The notes under the pieces: model-generated
What the model was told of the DNA's origin: nothing
Databases searched by the model: none
What the model saw: only the letters and a program-made list of their open reading frames with translations
In this document: positions 12,991 to 27,183 of the stretch, one piece after another
Numbering within the stretch: position 1 is the first letter of the stretch
Layout: the number at the start of each line of letters is the position of its first letter
NCBI GenBank assembly: GCA_951406725.2
Contig: OX597829.1
Location: 30,256,001-30,320,000 of the forward strand
From: Octopus vulgaris
Taxonomy: Eukaryota
Reading direction: 5' to 3'
Length of the DNA: 64,000 nt
Program-made: the position numbers and the translations under genes

Positions 12991-15359
12991 CTGTCAATCT
13001 GTGTCAATATGCACTGAGCTAGAACCCAAATTGCCCATCTAACCATGGGCTCCACTAGTGAAGTGACACTGCTTAGAGTACACTGTTGTCAACCCAGTAT
13101 CATCTGTAACATATTGCATACACACACACACACTACAAGTGGATCTCATTTTCTCATTTAAGGGGATAGCAGAAAAGCTTTGTGTGCTTGTATTTGTCTT
13201 AAAAATTGGTGCTGTTTATCTTTGTCTCTTAGTTTGTTGTAGTTCTGATTGTCTAAATGCTTAAAGACATTACTCCAGTGTGACTGCTCTAATGTTTAGT
13301 TCTATGAATAATGTTCTGTTATGCTATCAGAAACATCTTATCACCTTAAATTGAAGTGTCCTATTTATCTCAATGTATTCTATTAAAGCTGGAGAGCCAC
13401 CAAAGAATTAGAAATAATTTGATCAGTTTTAAAATAATGAAAAAATTAGACATGTCTAGGCGGCTTACACTAGCCTTCATCTATTAAGAGAGATAGGGTA
13501 ATTGGATATGTTTTGAAAAGAGTAGTCAAGCAAACATGAAAGAAAAAAAAACCTTCATAGAAATAAAATGAGTGAAAGGAGTGATGCTCTAGCCTGAGAA
13601 TTTTGATGAATGCATTAAAAGAATAGCTCAAAATAGGGTAGTGGATGGGTGCCTTGTTTACTCTCGGGCTACATTAGAAAGATGTGAAAATTGATTTTCA
13701 TGTGCATCTTTAGGAATGTCGATGCTTGTTTTAGATCATGCATGCTTTCTTATTTACAAGTTGATGCCAGAATGTTATCTCTTTTTAGTAACAGTTTAGT
13801 CTGGAAGGAGTGGTTATATTGGTATTCTTCACAAGCCGAGTGAGATAGATGCACTTCAGCTTGAACCATCTGTAAGGCAAAGAAGGATTGGACATAATGA
13901 TTACTGTTGGGCCTAGGAAGGGAGATATAGTATGAGTGAAGAGGAGAGACTAAAGAACAAGTTTAGCTAAAATAACCAGTTTGAATTCATATTGTCCTTT
14001 TTTTTATGCAACTGAACTGCTTTTTCAAATATACAATAATTTTTTTATGTTACTTTTTGTCATTTTTATCAATCTGACTTTAGCATATGATTTACTAACT
14101 TTGATTCTTGAAACTCATGCAATTTGGCAAAAGATATGGTAGAATGCCTTGTAAAAGTTGATAATTAAAAAAGAAAGTCTTTGAGCCACATTTCCAAAAG
14201 CTGGTGCTCATTTTCTAATAGGGAGATTATAAAATTTTGTCCTATGACTTAATGAAATGTAAGGAGAAAATGAATGTAGAAAGCAAGGGCCATCTGCATC
14301 TTATAACAAGAAAATCATTTTATGCTTTGTTTTAGCTTAAAATTTGATACTCAGTTATTAGTGTTATAAAATATTCTGTATTCTTAAGCTTGTGACTTTT
14401 AAAGCTATTTTATAAATACCTTTATAAATGAAAGTTGTTTTATAAAGTACTTCATTACAATTTTGAAATTCTTAAAATAGATGTTGACTCAGAAAACCGG
14501 ATTGTGTTAAAAAAGAATTGATTTATTTTAATGGTTACTGTAAATTATCACAACCATGCCTGTATGGGTTAGGTGAATATATTGTTCAGGCCTTGTTTTA
14601 TAACCAGATACTCTACTTGTTGCTAACCTTGCCTGATTTTCAAGTGAGACTCTCTTATTTTATATCTTTGAAGGTACAAACCCAGCTGACGATTTTGTTG
14701 ACTGGAGAAATGACATTGCCAGTTGTAGTTTGCAAATTTGGAGGAAGCACAAATTTAAACACACCTAAAAATACATTGTGTGTGTGTATGTGTGTGTTTG
14801 TGAGTTTTGTATGTTGAAAATCTGGATATAAATTGAAGATCTGTAAAAATATTTGAAACTTAGCAAAATGGACAGTGTCTGGATGTAGAAAAGCCCCCAA
14901 ACAAGCAGGAACTAAGTACTGTGTAGTCAGTAGTAGATGCAAGAGAGCTCTCTGGATTTTCTGGCATAGTGATGGGAATAGAAGCTTTTAGATGCATCAT
15001 ATATGCTGGATTGTAGATTAAGGACATCTTATGAATCTTATTGTTTCATTAGGTGTAATTAGTATTGAAGTTAATAACAGAATGGTGACTTGAATTTAAT
15101 TATACTAAAAGCATAAGGAACGTCTACATTTTGTTGATAATAAAAGGTTTTTTTCTTTTCCTCACTATGAAAGTCAATGTAGAAACCTTTAAGAAGCATT
15201 ATGCTGTGGTATCAATGGAAGATGGTCAGTGATAAAAGGGAAACTTGTGATTGAATAGGAATGAGTTGTCTGGTTTGATGGATGAAATGTTATATTTTGA
15301 GAAAAACTGGAGGAACTGACTACATATGACTTTTGCAAACTTACTTGATTCTTTGTTCC

Positions 15360-15806
15360 TAACTCTCTCGCCTTTTCCACTGTTTACATCCCCCTCGCAG
15401 TCATCTTCTTGTAACTTGAAGGTATATCCTGACACCTCATCACCACCATTTCTCTCCTTTTCTAGTTGGGTTTGCCATGTTTCTCCTCTACAGCAAGATA
15501 CCTGTTCCTGTCCTCCTATCACACTCTTGCCTCTCAACACCTAACATGAGCCACTTGTTTCAATACTATCCCTCCTCTCATTCAGTCAAGCGGTCTTGTC
15601 TTGCAAGTTGCTTAAGTTAATTTCACTAGTGCCAGTGGCATGCAAAAGCACCTAGCACACTTTGTAAAGTGGTTGGTAATTGGTAGGACATCTACTTGTA
15701 GAAACCATGCCAAAACAGACACTAGAGCTTGACACAGTCTCCTGATCTGTAGTATCTTGTCAAGCTGTCCAATCCATGCTAGCATGGAGTAAGGATGCTA
15801 AATGAA
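15360..15806 (+). mobile_element. Old RTE-type 3' UTR and tail
   Basis: Pyrimidine-rich UTR, agtgccagtggcatgcaaaagcacc, gtagaaaccatgcc, ccatgctagcatgg. Homologous copies lie near 6170(+), 10444(-), 12420(+), 17565(-), 25780(-), 36955(-), 41838(+) and 43846(-). Confidence 0.75.
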
Positions 15807-16734
15807 TGTAAGTGCATGCATGTATGTTAGTCCCTTCAATACTTAACTATTCTGCTTTTTACTGTTTCTCTCATTACACCCTGCTATTATTACTCTTGCT
15901 CTTCCATCATGTCTAGCTCTATCTTTACTATTTTCTTCTCCTTTTCACACTTGCCACTTCCCACCATTCTCTCGCTTCTTGCTTCCTTCCTCCTTAGTTC
16001 ACTTTCTGCAGTCACCATCATTCCTACCCCTTATATCAGTCATGTCCTAATTCCTAATTGAATAAACCAGATAGTAATGAAAACCTTTTTTGTCTTGCAG
16101 AATACAAGACAACCTCAATGGTGCTGGTGCCATAAAACATACCTAGTACACTTTGCAAAATGATTAGAGAAGTAGCAAAGACAACATAGGGTTGAAAGAA
16201 TCCTTTAGTCCTATCCTGTTGAGGATATGACAAACCTTTTTAGTATTTTTACCTTGATAAAATGCACTCAGTACACTCCATAAAAATAGTGTTAGGAAAG
16301 ACATCTAAATCAGTGAGGTGTGGTTGTTGGATACATCAAGGAGAGCAATAGCTACAATTAAGAATGAACTCTGACTGATAATTTATTCAGTGCATTACAG
16401 GAAGGAAAGTGGAAAAAAATAATTTGTGTGTGTGGGTGTGCATATGAGATGAACTTCGAGCCTTTGATTATTTCACACATATTCCAGGAGAAACAGAAAG
16501 TTACACCACCTGCAACACTAGTAAAGTACACATGTAAGTCTGAGGGAATACAAGATGACTATATAGATGATATATGTAGACCCATGCCATTGTTGTAATA
16601 TGGACATGCAATCAAAATCAAAGATGGGTTATCATGAAAGCTCTTCTATCATCACTCTCCTATAAATCCCTTTTGTCACATTGCCTTGCAAATACGGACA
16701 TATTAATGAGCTTTTACTCTTACAGTGTAAAAGG

Positions 16735-17098
16735 CAACTCTTCTTGTGCTGGTGCCAAGATAAAAAATGTCCCCATTACACTCTGTAAAGTGGTTGGCAG
16801 ATGAGTGGTGAAAACAGAGTTAAGAGACCCCTTTAGTTGTGTCTTGTGGAAGACACAACAACCTCTCTAGTGCTGGTGTCATGAATAAACATCCTGAGTA
16901 CATTGTATAAAGTGGTTGTAGTTAGGAAGGGCATCTAGCTGTTGAAACCAAACCAAAAGTGAAAGAAACACAAATAATAGATGATTTTCTGACTCCTCTA
17001 TTATAGCAGTGGCTTCAAGAAAGAAGTTGGTCTGTGATAACTTACTTGTCTTGCTATGCTGGCATACAATGCAGATGAAAAATGATGATGATGATGAA
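16735..17098 (+). mobile_element. Old RTE-type tail with doubled module
   Basis: gtgctggtgcc...tacactctgtaaagtggttg occurs twice, then gttaggaagggcatctagctg and (GAT)n; a related copy lies at 16095-16310. Confidence 0.65.
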
Positions 17099-18102
17099 GT
17101 GGGTTGATTAACCCCAAGCAAGTATGCATGATTGTAGATGTTACTGTAACCACTCCATATTTTTTTAAGGTGTAGTGCACCTAAAACTATATTATTCAAA
17201 GAGTTTTTTTTTGTAATCATTGAGTTGGAGATGTGGCTGCTATTTCTAGTCTATCAAGTAACCATATAATGGACCTATGGAGGGGAAAGAGGGTTTAGGT
17301 GAGAATTTCTCATTTTTGTTACTTCATAAGCATTTTTCCTTTTTTCTCTTGAGATGCAGTATTTAGAATCTTATCTTGCATAGTGCAGTAATTATGATAG
17401 ATTAACATAATGAAAATTGGTAATACCATTTTTAAAAGGATACTTAGTATGCAAAGATTGTGATAAGACTTTTTTCTTGCACTTTGACAGGCATTCTGAT
17501 GCTTATGATAACTTATATCATGCTGCTGTAGTGGCTGGTAGCAGTAGGTATAAACAAGGCTCCCATCATCATCATTTAATGTCCATGTTCCATACTGGTA
17601 TGGGTCGGACAGTTCAACTGGGCTCTGGTGCAAGGACTGCATCATGGTCCATTGTCTACTTTGGCATGGTTTCTACAGCTGGATACCTTTCTTAATGCCA
17701 GCCAGGCTGCATGGTGACCTCACTAGTGCTGGTGACATGAAAACAGCAACCAGAGTATGTTATAAAGTGGTTGAATGTATGAGGGAAGGGGTCAGAGGAT
17801 CTATAAGGTTATTCACATTTTTGAAGAGAGGATTGGTGGGGGTGAGGTGGTGATTGGGGTGCAACAGGGGAGAGAAAATTAGTGATGATGAGGTGTTGCT
17901 GCAAGACAGTATCAAGATATGAATTTTGCATGTTTTGTCTTTTGCGGGTGGGAGACAAGTTTAAATTATCTTATTTTCTTTATTTACACATGAAGTTACT
18001 TTTTCATCTATTCAAGCTCAGTTAAACACTTTGTTACTATATTTCTAACTAAAATACATATCTGGCAGAGTTATGACTGTGTAATTAAGAAACTTTGCAA
18101 CA

Positions 18103-18400
18103 GTGTGGTTTTGGGTTCGATCTTATTGCACAGTACCTTGGGACAACCATCGCCTTGTGAGTGAATTTGGTAGACAGAAACTATGTGGAAGCTTGTGTAT
18201 ATGTGTCTTTGTGTTTGTCTCTCCCTCACTGTTGCTTGACAACCAGTGTTGGTTTGTATATGGCCCTGCAATTTACAATTTGACAGAGATTGATTGAATA
18301 GGTACCAAACTTAAAAAGAAAGTACTGAGGGTAATTTGATTAACTGTCCAGGATGGTGCCCCAGCTAGGTGCAGTCTGGTGACTGACTAAACAACAATAA
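18103..18400 (+). mobile_element. tRNA-derived SINE
   Basis: gggttcgatc B-box, ccttggg, ccttgtgagtgaatttggtagacagaaact, tail ggtgccccagc...gcagtc...gactgactaaac. Confidence 0.7.
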
Positions 18401-18929
18401 ATTTCAGTTAAATAGTAAAAAATTTGTGAACTTAACTGATTACATAAAACAATTTATGACTTAAATTTTGGCATGATTATACAGCTAGATACCCCCCCTT
18501 AACATTAACTGCTTAAGAGTGTCCTGAGTGATTTTTGTTTTCTTTCTGGCACACTGTAGTTCTTATCATTGGAGGGTTTGAAGAGCTCTCCTAAACCCTG
18601 TGTTGTCATTGTTTGATTTGATTTATCAACTACTTCACTGTTTTTCTTTTTCATGATGTCACCATATAGTGAAGTTGCCTTGTAATTAATGTTTATTATG
18701 AATTACTGAAGTTATCAATGTTGGAAGAAAACTATAAAAAGAAATAAATTCACTTATACATATATACATAGGTGCAATAATGAAGAGATTTAGCAGAATT
18801 TACCACTTAGAGATAAATTAACAGGTGAAATTAATAAAATAACAAAAGAAAAAAAAATGAAAACAAGGTAAATTTTAAGATTTAAATTATATATAAAAAT
18901 TGATATTTCATACAAAGTTGTAATGCATC

Positions 18930-19631
18930 CCACTCAGCATAATGTAATCAGCATACAAATTGGATCCTTTTCCCTTCCATCCCATTTTTATTCTGATCCC
19001 CGTTCCTTGTGAGTATGCCCTGGTACTATGCCATCATCTCTTTCCTGCACTCTTCTGTCTTCCACTCTCTCTTTCTCTTGCTCTTCCCCTAGGGTGGATA
19101 GCCATGTATCTTCTTTACAGCAGCACACCTGTTTCTATCCTCATTCCTGATCTTTCACTTCCTTTCTCTTTCTCTCTCTCTCGCACCAGGTAACCATGTG
19201 TCTCCTCTACAGCAAGACATCTGTTTCTGCTTTTCTTTCTCTGTCACACTTGAACCTTTCTTTTTTCATCATCTCACACAAGATCACCTCCTCTAATGCC
19301 TCCTCTCTCAAAGGATCTTTATCTTGCATGTTACTTGGTGATCCTGCCAGTATTTAGTGCCACAGATAAAGCATCCAGTCCACACTGTAAAATGGATGAC
19401 ATTTGAAAGGACATCCAACCGTAAAAACCATGCCAAAACTGACGCTGCCTGTGCTTATGTCATATAAAAAGCACTCTGTCCACCCTTCTGGGCAGTTGGA
19501 GTTAGGAAGGGCATCCAGCTGTAAAAACCATATCAAAACGCAGAAGTCTGGTGCAGGCCTCTGTGTAGCCAGCTCCTGCCAAACCATTTGACTGCTGCTA
19601 ACATGGCAGGTAGACATTAAATGATGATGAT
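18930..19631 (+). mobile_element. Old RTE-type 3' UTR and tail with internal duplication
   Basis: UTR similar to 15400-15600; the module occurs twice; gttaggaagggcatccagctgtaaaaacc; ends gacattaaatgatgatga. Confidence 0.75.
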
Positions 19632-22600
19632 TCAGTTGGTTGCCTACTGGGGGAATATTCCTTTACTGATTGGACATTCTCACCTGTATTCAGATTAGCT
19701 CAATTTAGAGGGTTAGAACTTATGGTGGGGTTTTGCCTTTTTTCCAGCAGATACTTATTTTTTGAATAATCTGTCCTTAATTGCATTATACATTTACTCA
19801 GAACTGCAGATGTTGCATTGCTTTTTAACCTCACAATTTTAAAAGAATTATATCCACTATTTATCTAACTAAGGTATTACTGCCACATATTACTCAGTCT
19901 AACAGCTGTGTAATAATTCATCTTGTTAATCTGATCTTCATCACCTCCATTGTTGTAAATGAGGTTTACAAATGGTCTGCCATTTCCATCTGCATGTAGT
20001 TGAGCACAAATGGATAAATAATTAATTTGCTCCTTGTTTCTGCGTGTGGTTGCTAGTAAATTTCCTTTCTACAATTTATTTAATCTTTGTGTGTATGTGT
20101 TTCTCCATCCAGTGACAGTTTTTTTCTATTAGCAATCAGTTTGATACATCTCTTTTCACAGCTTCTAAGCTTTCAAATTTTGATCAAACTGAACTACTGG
20201 TCAAAAATATATGGCCTTTGTTATGGTGTGAAGTAATAATTTTCAGATCACACCTCCTTTAGGACATGCTGACTTCTACCACTTTCTTTCTTGCATAAAA
20301 AATTAAAAGTACAGCTGTACCCAGTGTTTGCCTCCATCCTTATAATGCCAGAAATGTTTTTGGCCTTGCATGCCTCACCCTCCCTTTGTCATTGGCTAAT
20401 CATTTTCCTTTGTTATTGGTGTACTGATGGTTTTCTTTCATCCACATTAATATATCATTCTAGTTATGATACTGGAAACATCTGGGATCATCAAAGGGTT
20501 AATCTGTAATCCAGGAGTTGAAAATACTGAATAGGTTCCTAATATCCATTATAGTGAGTATACAAAAAAAAACAAAACTTTCATCTAGTGTGAGACCATA
20601 AACTTTTTTGTCTTTGTTCCAATGGACATTTTCTTTAAGCAATTATCACCTGGAACATTTCAATATGTAAAAAATTAAGAAGGAATTAATCAGTTTGATG
20701 TCATCTATAAGACTGTAGTTGGGTCCAGTTTCTTCCATAAGAAAAAACAAGTTTAGAGAGAAATATCTTTAAATTTCAACTTAAGTATTTCTGACTCTTA
20801 GTTTATGTCCTTATGCGGCCAACTTTCATTCTTGGGATGGGATGACGTCTTGATAAAATAAAGTACCAACCAAATATTGAGGTTGACTTGATTAACTAGC
20901 CCCTCCTTTCTAGCATTGTGTCTATGATAAATATTGTTTGCTTTGGATAAAGTACTTCAATTTATTTGGCTATAAACTCATGTCTATTTAATTTAATGTT
21001 ACAAAGTGTCTGGTGGAGAAGGCAGTCCAAAATATATTTTCTGATGATTGAATTATGATTTTGATTCTAAATGCTTTATAGAAATTCATTTCATAGTGAC
21101 TTTTAAAAGAAATGGTTATGGGTTTTAAAAATTGTATGGTATGATAAGAATGTCCTCAACAGACTTGTCTGTCTTTTAGTTTAAAGCTTGATAGTTACTA
21201 CTTTGGATCAACTTTGTGAGCAAGGATAATTTTAGAATATTTTGACATTCCTCTCTGTGACTGTCTCTTTATTTAATGTTTCATGATCCTTTGCCTTCTT
21301 TTTATTTGTAAACCACTTCTTCTCTGATGTATATAACAGACATATTTAAAAACATTGGGACTTGAGAACATATTCACCAGTAACAAAACAGTTACTACAT
21401 ATGGATTACTACTTAAGATGCCTGCATATGAGATGGATAACCTCTTGCTCTCTTCTCATCCCAACGTGCTCCAACCACTATCTCACTGATGTACTACTAC
21501 TTCACTCTGTAAATGGTTTCTCTTTCTGTATCAATGTCTGTCTTCTAGATTATGTACTAAGCACTTATCCAATTCACTCTCTTCAGACATGCAATTCTGA
21601 ACATCATCTTTGTTCATAATAGCCTCTTAAGAAATTAATCTGTAGAAGTTTAAGTAGAACATCAATATTGACCTCATAGTTTTGCAAAGGCTGTAGATGA
21701 TATATCCCTTTTATCAAGTTCAGTACATATGTTAGTATTTTCATTGTAATTTTCTTGATTTACATTTGCTAAATTTCCCCATTTTATATCTTTTTTTTAA
21801 TATATCTAAATTTTTTTTCTCTCTAAACTTCCAGCTTTTTTAGTTTGTTGAAGTAATTTTTTTCCCATCATGGGGATTTGGTTTTTGTCATCTTCTGATG
21901 TTTATATTTTATATTTGTATCTTTTCAGATTTTTTAAAATCAAAACATGCTGTATTTACAGCCTTTTAGTGAATTTGCTTCCTGGTTATAAAAAAAAAAA
22001 TTTTTTTTTTCAATGTTATTGTCATATTTCTGTGCTAATTGAGAAAAGATGTCTTTCTGGTAGACATGTTTTAAATGTTTCTGTAGGTGTTTTATAATAA
22101 TTGTAAATTTACATCACTCTTTGTTCTCTTTCAAAGCATTACAATCATATTCCTTCTACATTAAAATTTTGGGTGGTTTATTCTTGTAATGATTTTTTTT
22201 TCTATCCAAAACAGTTGTAAGTTTTATATTGAGGACAATGGCAGTGTGGTGCATGGTGCAGTAGATACATTTTTTAATTATCTTAATTTTCAAAAATATT
22301 TTCAGGTTTTAGTGTATGAATCATCTGGTAATATTAGTGCTTGAAAAGTTGTTTTGATATTCTAAGTCATATTTTTGTTTTCCGTGATCAACCTGTCAGA
22401 AGCTTTTTTTCTGCTGAATTTAATTTTGTTGAATCATAAGCAATGAGGCTGGGTTTGAGAAAGTGTTATAAAAAGAAAAGGAGCAATAGTTAAAAATCTT
22501 TGAGAAACTCTGTATTAAATTATCAGTTAATCATAGGAACAATTAGTGTGTGTCTATTCTAATTTTGTTTCCTATCATAAATTCAGTTTCTAGTGTTAAT

Positions 22601-25187
22601 CTCATATATTTATCTTTCCTCACTTGAACTCAACATTGTGTTGGAACTTGTCCTTTGACGTTTCAGTTTTATTTTTCTTATAAAATATGTTTATTGGGAG
22701 GTAAATATGTTGGAGGTTTTCAAAATAATGCTCATTAGACATTTAAAACTAAGTTATTGACGTTTGCTTTATCTCTAAGCAGTATATTTCTATGGCTATG
22801 TCAACAATAAATTTTCATATACATAACATTCATTATATCTCTTGATCAATTCTGCTTGTTTCCATGACAAGAAATTGGTAATCAGTCCAGTTGAAAATCT
22901 CAAATTGGTGGGAATTGCTCCGTTATTGTCAGCTGCTTAGTAAAAAGAAAGAAATAACTAGCTAAACTGATAATATTTGCAAAACTCGAGTTGTTTATCA
23001 GTTAATTAGTTTTAACATTAATGTTTATCTGATTTCACAATGATATTAACTGCATGTAAATTTGACATTTGTCTTGAGATAGAAAAATATTTTTCATATT
23101 CAAATTTTTTCAGCAAAAAATATTTTACTGAAGTTGTTTGTCCAATGTGTTGGATTGAAACTTGGAAGGTTTAGAGTTAACATATGAGAATATTGTAAGA
23201 TTTTTAGCAATATACTCCTCAATAGTTCATCAGTTCTAATGTTGCCATAACTTTTGTGACCTAGTCTGCCAATCTGAAAAATGAGTACCAATACAAAACA
23301 TTGGTGGGGAAAAAAAAAGTAATGATTGGTGTAAAAGAAATATAAATATTAAAAAAAAAAGAAGTAAAAATAATCTAAAATGAGGTTGTTAAAAATTTTT
23401 TGGTTTTTGACTTCTGGAAAGATAGCTTAATTTTTTATCATTTTCATGCACATAAAAAATGGTAACCTATAAAGTGCCTCATGAAAGTGTATTTCATTCT
23501 TCATATAGAGATTATGTATCAAGTATAATCTATATATAGCTCTTTAGTAACGGAAAGTTTTTTAAATTACTGGGGAATGCAACTTGGTTAATTAGATGTA
23601 ATCACACCTTAGAGTAGTGAGTTAGACATCTGTATAACCTAGTGAAGATAAATCTTAGATTTAATAGATCTGTTCAATTTGCTGAAGATTTTCCTACATT
23701 TTGATAATCCACTGATAAAGTTGTAAAAAAAACACTTGGGTTAATTATAGTCTAGCTGAATATGTAACAAGTTCTTCATACATTATTTGAAAGTATTTTG
23801 GGAAGATATATTTTTGAGTGCTTAGTTGTGGAATTAAGCCTTCTGTTAATTTTTAAACTGATAGAGCAATTAAATATGCAAACAAATTAGAAATAAAAGA
23901 TTAATTTTTTTTTGTAGTTATAACAGTTGTGCTCTTTTTTTTTATGCTGAATTATTACAATACTAATTGTTCTAATAATTTTTGGATTCAATTAATTGAT
24001 TTAACTGAGATCGTTTTAATTAAGTTCATATTACAAAACATGTTGCTAAAGTTGGAGTTAACCTTGAGAGTGAATGAGGAGTGTGACAGTCTTCTCCATA
24101 TTTACCTATCCTCTACATACTCCCTTATCAATGCCCTTGCTCTCATTTCCTTTTACCTTTAGTCTTGGTCTTCCACTTTTACTTCTTATTACATTCATTT
24201 ACATTGCTTTCATCTTCCTCAGCACATGACCTAGCCATGTCATCCCATTTAACTTTACATCTATCACTCACTCTGTAATTGATTGTTTGGCTTGTCTCTC
24301 TTATTCACTGAACCATTTTCATTTCTATTCTTTCCAGCCATTACGAGTTCATCCCCCATATCTCATGCCTGTAAATCATAGTACCTCTCACACATGGAAC
24401 ATACCCATTTCACTTAGTTTCAGTGACATGCTCCTCATTTACATGCTATTTAATTCCTGCAACTTCTGTGTGTCTCGCATGCTGTCTAACATTAAATTCA
24501 TTTCAATCCATCTTCTCTATTCAGCATACCTCCCTTATAAATGTTTTCACACCTATCTTCATACCATTTCCATAATCCAGCTCAAGATTCCCTCCATCTG
24601 TAGCTTCCCACAACGTTTAATTGTAGCTATCACATCAATAAATAACCCTCTCACATCTTAACATTTTCAATAAACTTACCACTATATATTGTATGTTTAA
24701 TGGAATTTATTCCAATACCTTTCCCGCATTAGTGATTTATAATTACATTAGGCTATATTATTGTATAATGTGAGTTAATCAGGACTTTTGTCATTTTATT
24801 AAATTAATTGATATTTAGAAAACTAATACTAGTATTAGCTTTGGTGACAGTAGATAAGTGAATGAAGTGATAAAAGACCCCCAAAGTCACAAAGTAAAAG
24901 ATTTACTACTGATAACTTGAGAGAAGGCCTAATGCTAGTGATAACTGTATAGCTGAATGATTAGTATTAAATTTTGACATTGTCATAGGTGCATGTGTGT
25001 GTTTGATGGGATATACAAACATGAAGAAATTGAATTCATTATGTACAATGTTTATATTGTTTCACAGTTGAAAAGCTACATCAGTGACTCAAGGACTTAA
25101 AGTTTCATGCTAGAGTATTTAAGTACTCTGGCACAAAACCCTTGGCTTTTGGGTCATTGCTGTAGTTTCTCATCTATAAATAATACC

Positions 25188-25429
25188 TATTTCTTTACTA
25201 CCCACAAGGGGCTGAACACAGAGGGGACAAACAAGGACAGACACACGGATTAAGTTGATTATATTGACCCCAGTGCGTAACTGGTACTTATTTAATCGAC
25301 CCCGAAAGGATGAAAGGCAAAGTCGACCTCTGCGGAATTTGAACTCAGAACGTAACGGCAGATGAAATACGGCTACGCATTTCGCCCGGCATGCTAACGT
25401 TTCTGCCAGCTCGCTGCCTTAAAATAATT
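25188..25429 (-). mobile_element. Young full-length tRNA-related SINE (second family) with 16-bp target-site duplication
   Basis: Minus strand reads ggcagcgagctggcagaaacgttagc...gagttcaaattcc...gtcgactttgcctttcatcctttcggggtcgattaaataagtaccag. CpGs largely retained. ATCTATAAATAATACC is duplicated at 25172-25187 and 25430-25445. Confidence 0.9.
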
Positions 25430-25454
25430 ATCTATAAATAATACCATCACATGC

Positions 25455-25740
25455 ATGGCTGTGTGGTTAAGAGATTTACTTCCCAGTCACATGGTTTACG
25501 TTCAGTCCTACTGTGTGGTCCTGTGAGCAAGTGTCTTCTGCTATAGCCTCAGGCCAACTAAAGCCTTGTGAGTGGTTTTGGTAGATGGAAACTGGAAGAA
25601 TCCTGTCATTTATATGTGTACACATACGTACACACAATTGTGTGCCTCCTTGTCTTGATATTATGGGATGGTTGTAAGCAACTGTCATTGTTGTATAGCC
25701 TTCTGTGAAAACACCTGGCAAGCAGGGAAAAGTGGGCATT
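25455..25740 (+). mobile_element. tRNA-derived SINE
   Basis: ggctgtgtggttaag A-box, gttcagtcc B-box, gcaagtgtcttctgctatagcctcaggcc, ccttgtgagtggttttggtagatggaaactg. Confidence 0.8.
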
Positions 25741-26972
25741 CATCAGATGATGATAATGACCACAATGATAGTGGAACATCTCTCTTCCATACTGGCATGT
25801 GTTGGACTGTTTGACAGAATTTGATAGGTCCAAGGACTGCATTGTACTCTTGTGTCAGCTTTGCCACAGTTTTTATGGTTTGATGCCCTTCCTAATGCCA
25901 AATACTTAGAGTATGCTGAGTGCTTTTTTGTGGCACCAATACTAGTGAGGTTGCCATGCACCTCGTAAGACTAAGATCCTCTTTGACTAAGTGCAGCAGA
26001 TAGGAGAGTGACTATATGCTAGGAGATAAGAGTCTAAGGAAGGGGCAGGAAAAAGTTTCTTACTGCAGAGGAGCTATGTGACTACTTACATTATAGAAAG
26101 GAGGGTGAAAGTAACTGAGTTTGAACTAGAAAAGAATAATACTGGTGATGAGGTGTCAGGGTGAACCTTCAATTTTGAATGTGAATATGTTTTATTAAGA
26201 ATAGTATAATCATGTTCGAGAAAGCTGCCATAGGCATGTAAGAATTTAGATGTTTTTGAACCTGATTTGTGATAAAACAGGCAGTTTGTTTCCATCTATT
26301 CATAGATTGTAGATTCCTTAATATTCTAACAAACATTGAAGATAGTAGTCTATGCAGAAGTATTTTTAAAACATTCAGTCATTTTTGTATGGCCCAGAAG
26401 AAAATCTGATTTTCCATATTGAAAATGTGCACTGTCACTCAGCACCCTGCCTCATGAAGGTCACTGCTATCTTTCACTGCACATACAACCATATGCTGCA
26501 ATCTGTTGGTGTACTACAGAACTAGTCTGAGAACTTTTTGATACCACCTCGTAATTACATCTAAATGCAGTAAAACCTAGTTTAAGAAATGTTAATCCTG
26601 TTAAAAAATTGGGAAATTGTACATAATTTATATATTAGCTAATTTGCATCTTAGGTATTGAAGTAGTTGTATTAACTAGTATACCAAGTTTTATCAGTGT
26701 ATTATGTACTAAACTTGAAATGCTCCATTTATGCATTTCAATTAGTTGAACTTAGTCACTTTTCAACTGTCTTTTACTACAATTGCCAATGAAAGTTTTG
26801 TTGAAAACTGTGTCTGAATTCACAATAAAAAATTTGATCTGTTAATAAATGGAAAAATTTATAAAAGTGATTTACCTAATCTGTCAATCAGTTAGTTTAT
26901 ATATGCCAAATTTTTAAAATATAAAATTTTATCCCCTCTCCATTTCATGGCAAATTTTACTTTGAGAGAAGT

Positions 26973-27183
26973 TTAATCCTTTTGATACTAGCCTGCCTGA
27001 GATCACCTGTAGATCTAATATAAAAAATCCACTGCTTTAAAATTATCTAAATGAAAATCTATCAAAATTTTATGTTAATTTATGTTCTAAACACTGGCAT
27101 AATTATTTTGCTAAATTCTTCATTATTTAAAAAATTGGTTGAAACAAAAGCATGTTTCTACAAAAATATGGTAAAAGAGTTAA
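26973..27183 (-). mobile_element. MITE family A, reverse orientation
   Basis: TTAAtccttttgatac ... atggtaaaagagTTAA; interior is the reverse complement of family A. Confidence 0.75.

Noticed and set aside
20150-20750. Possible Tc1/mariner remnant on the minus strand
   Set aside because: Only faint resemblance to the SPDLNP motif and no TIRs found; too decayed to support.
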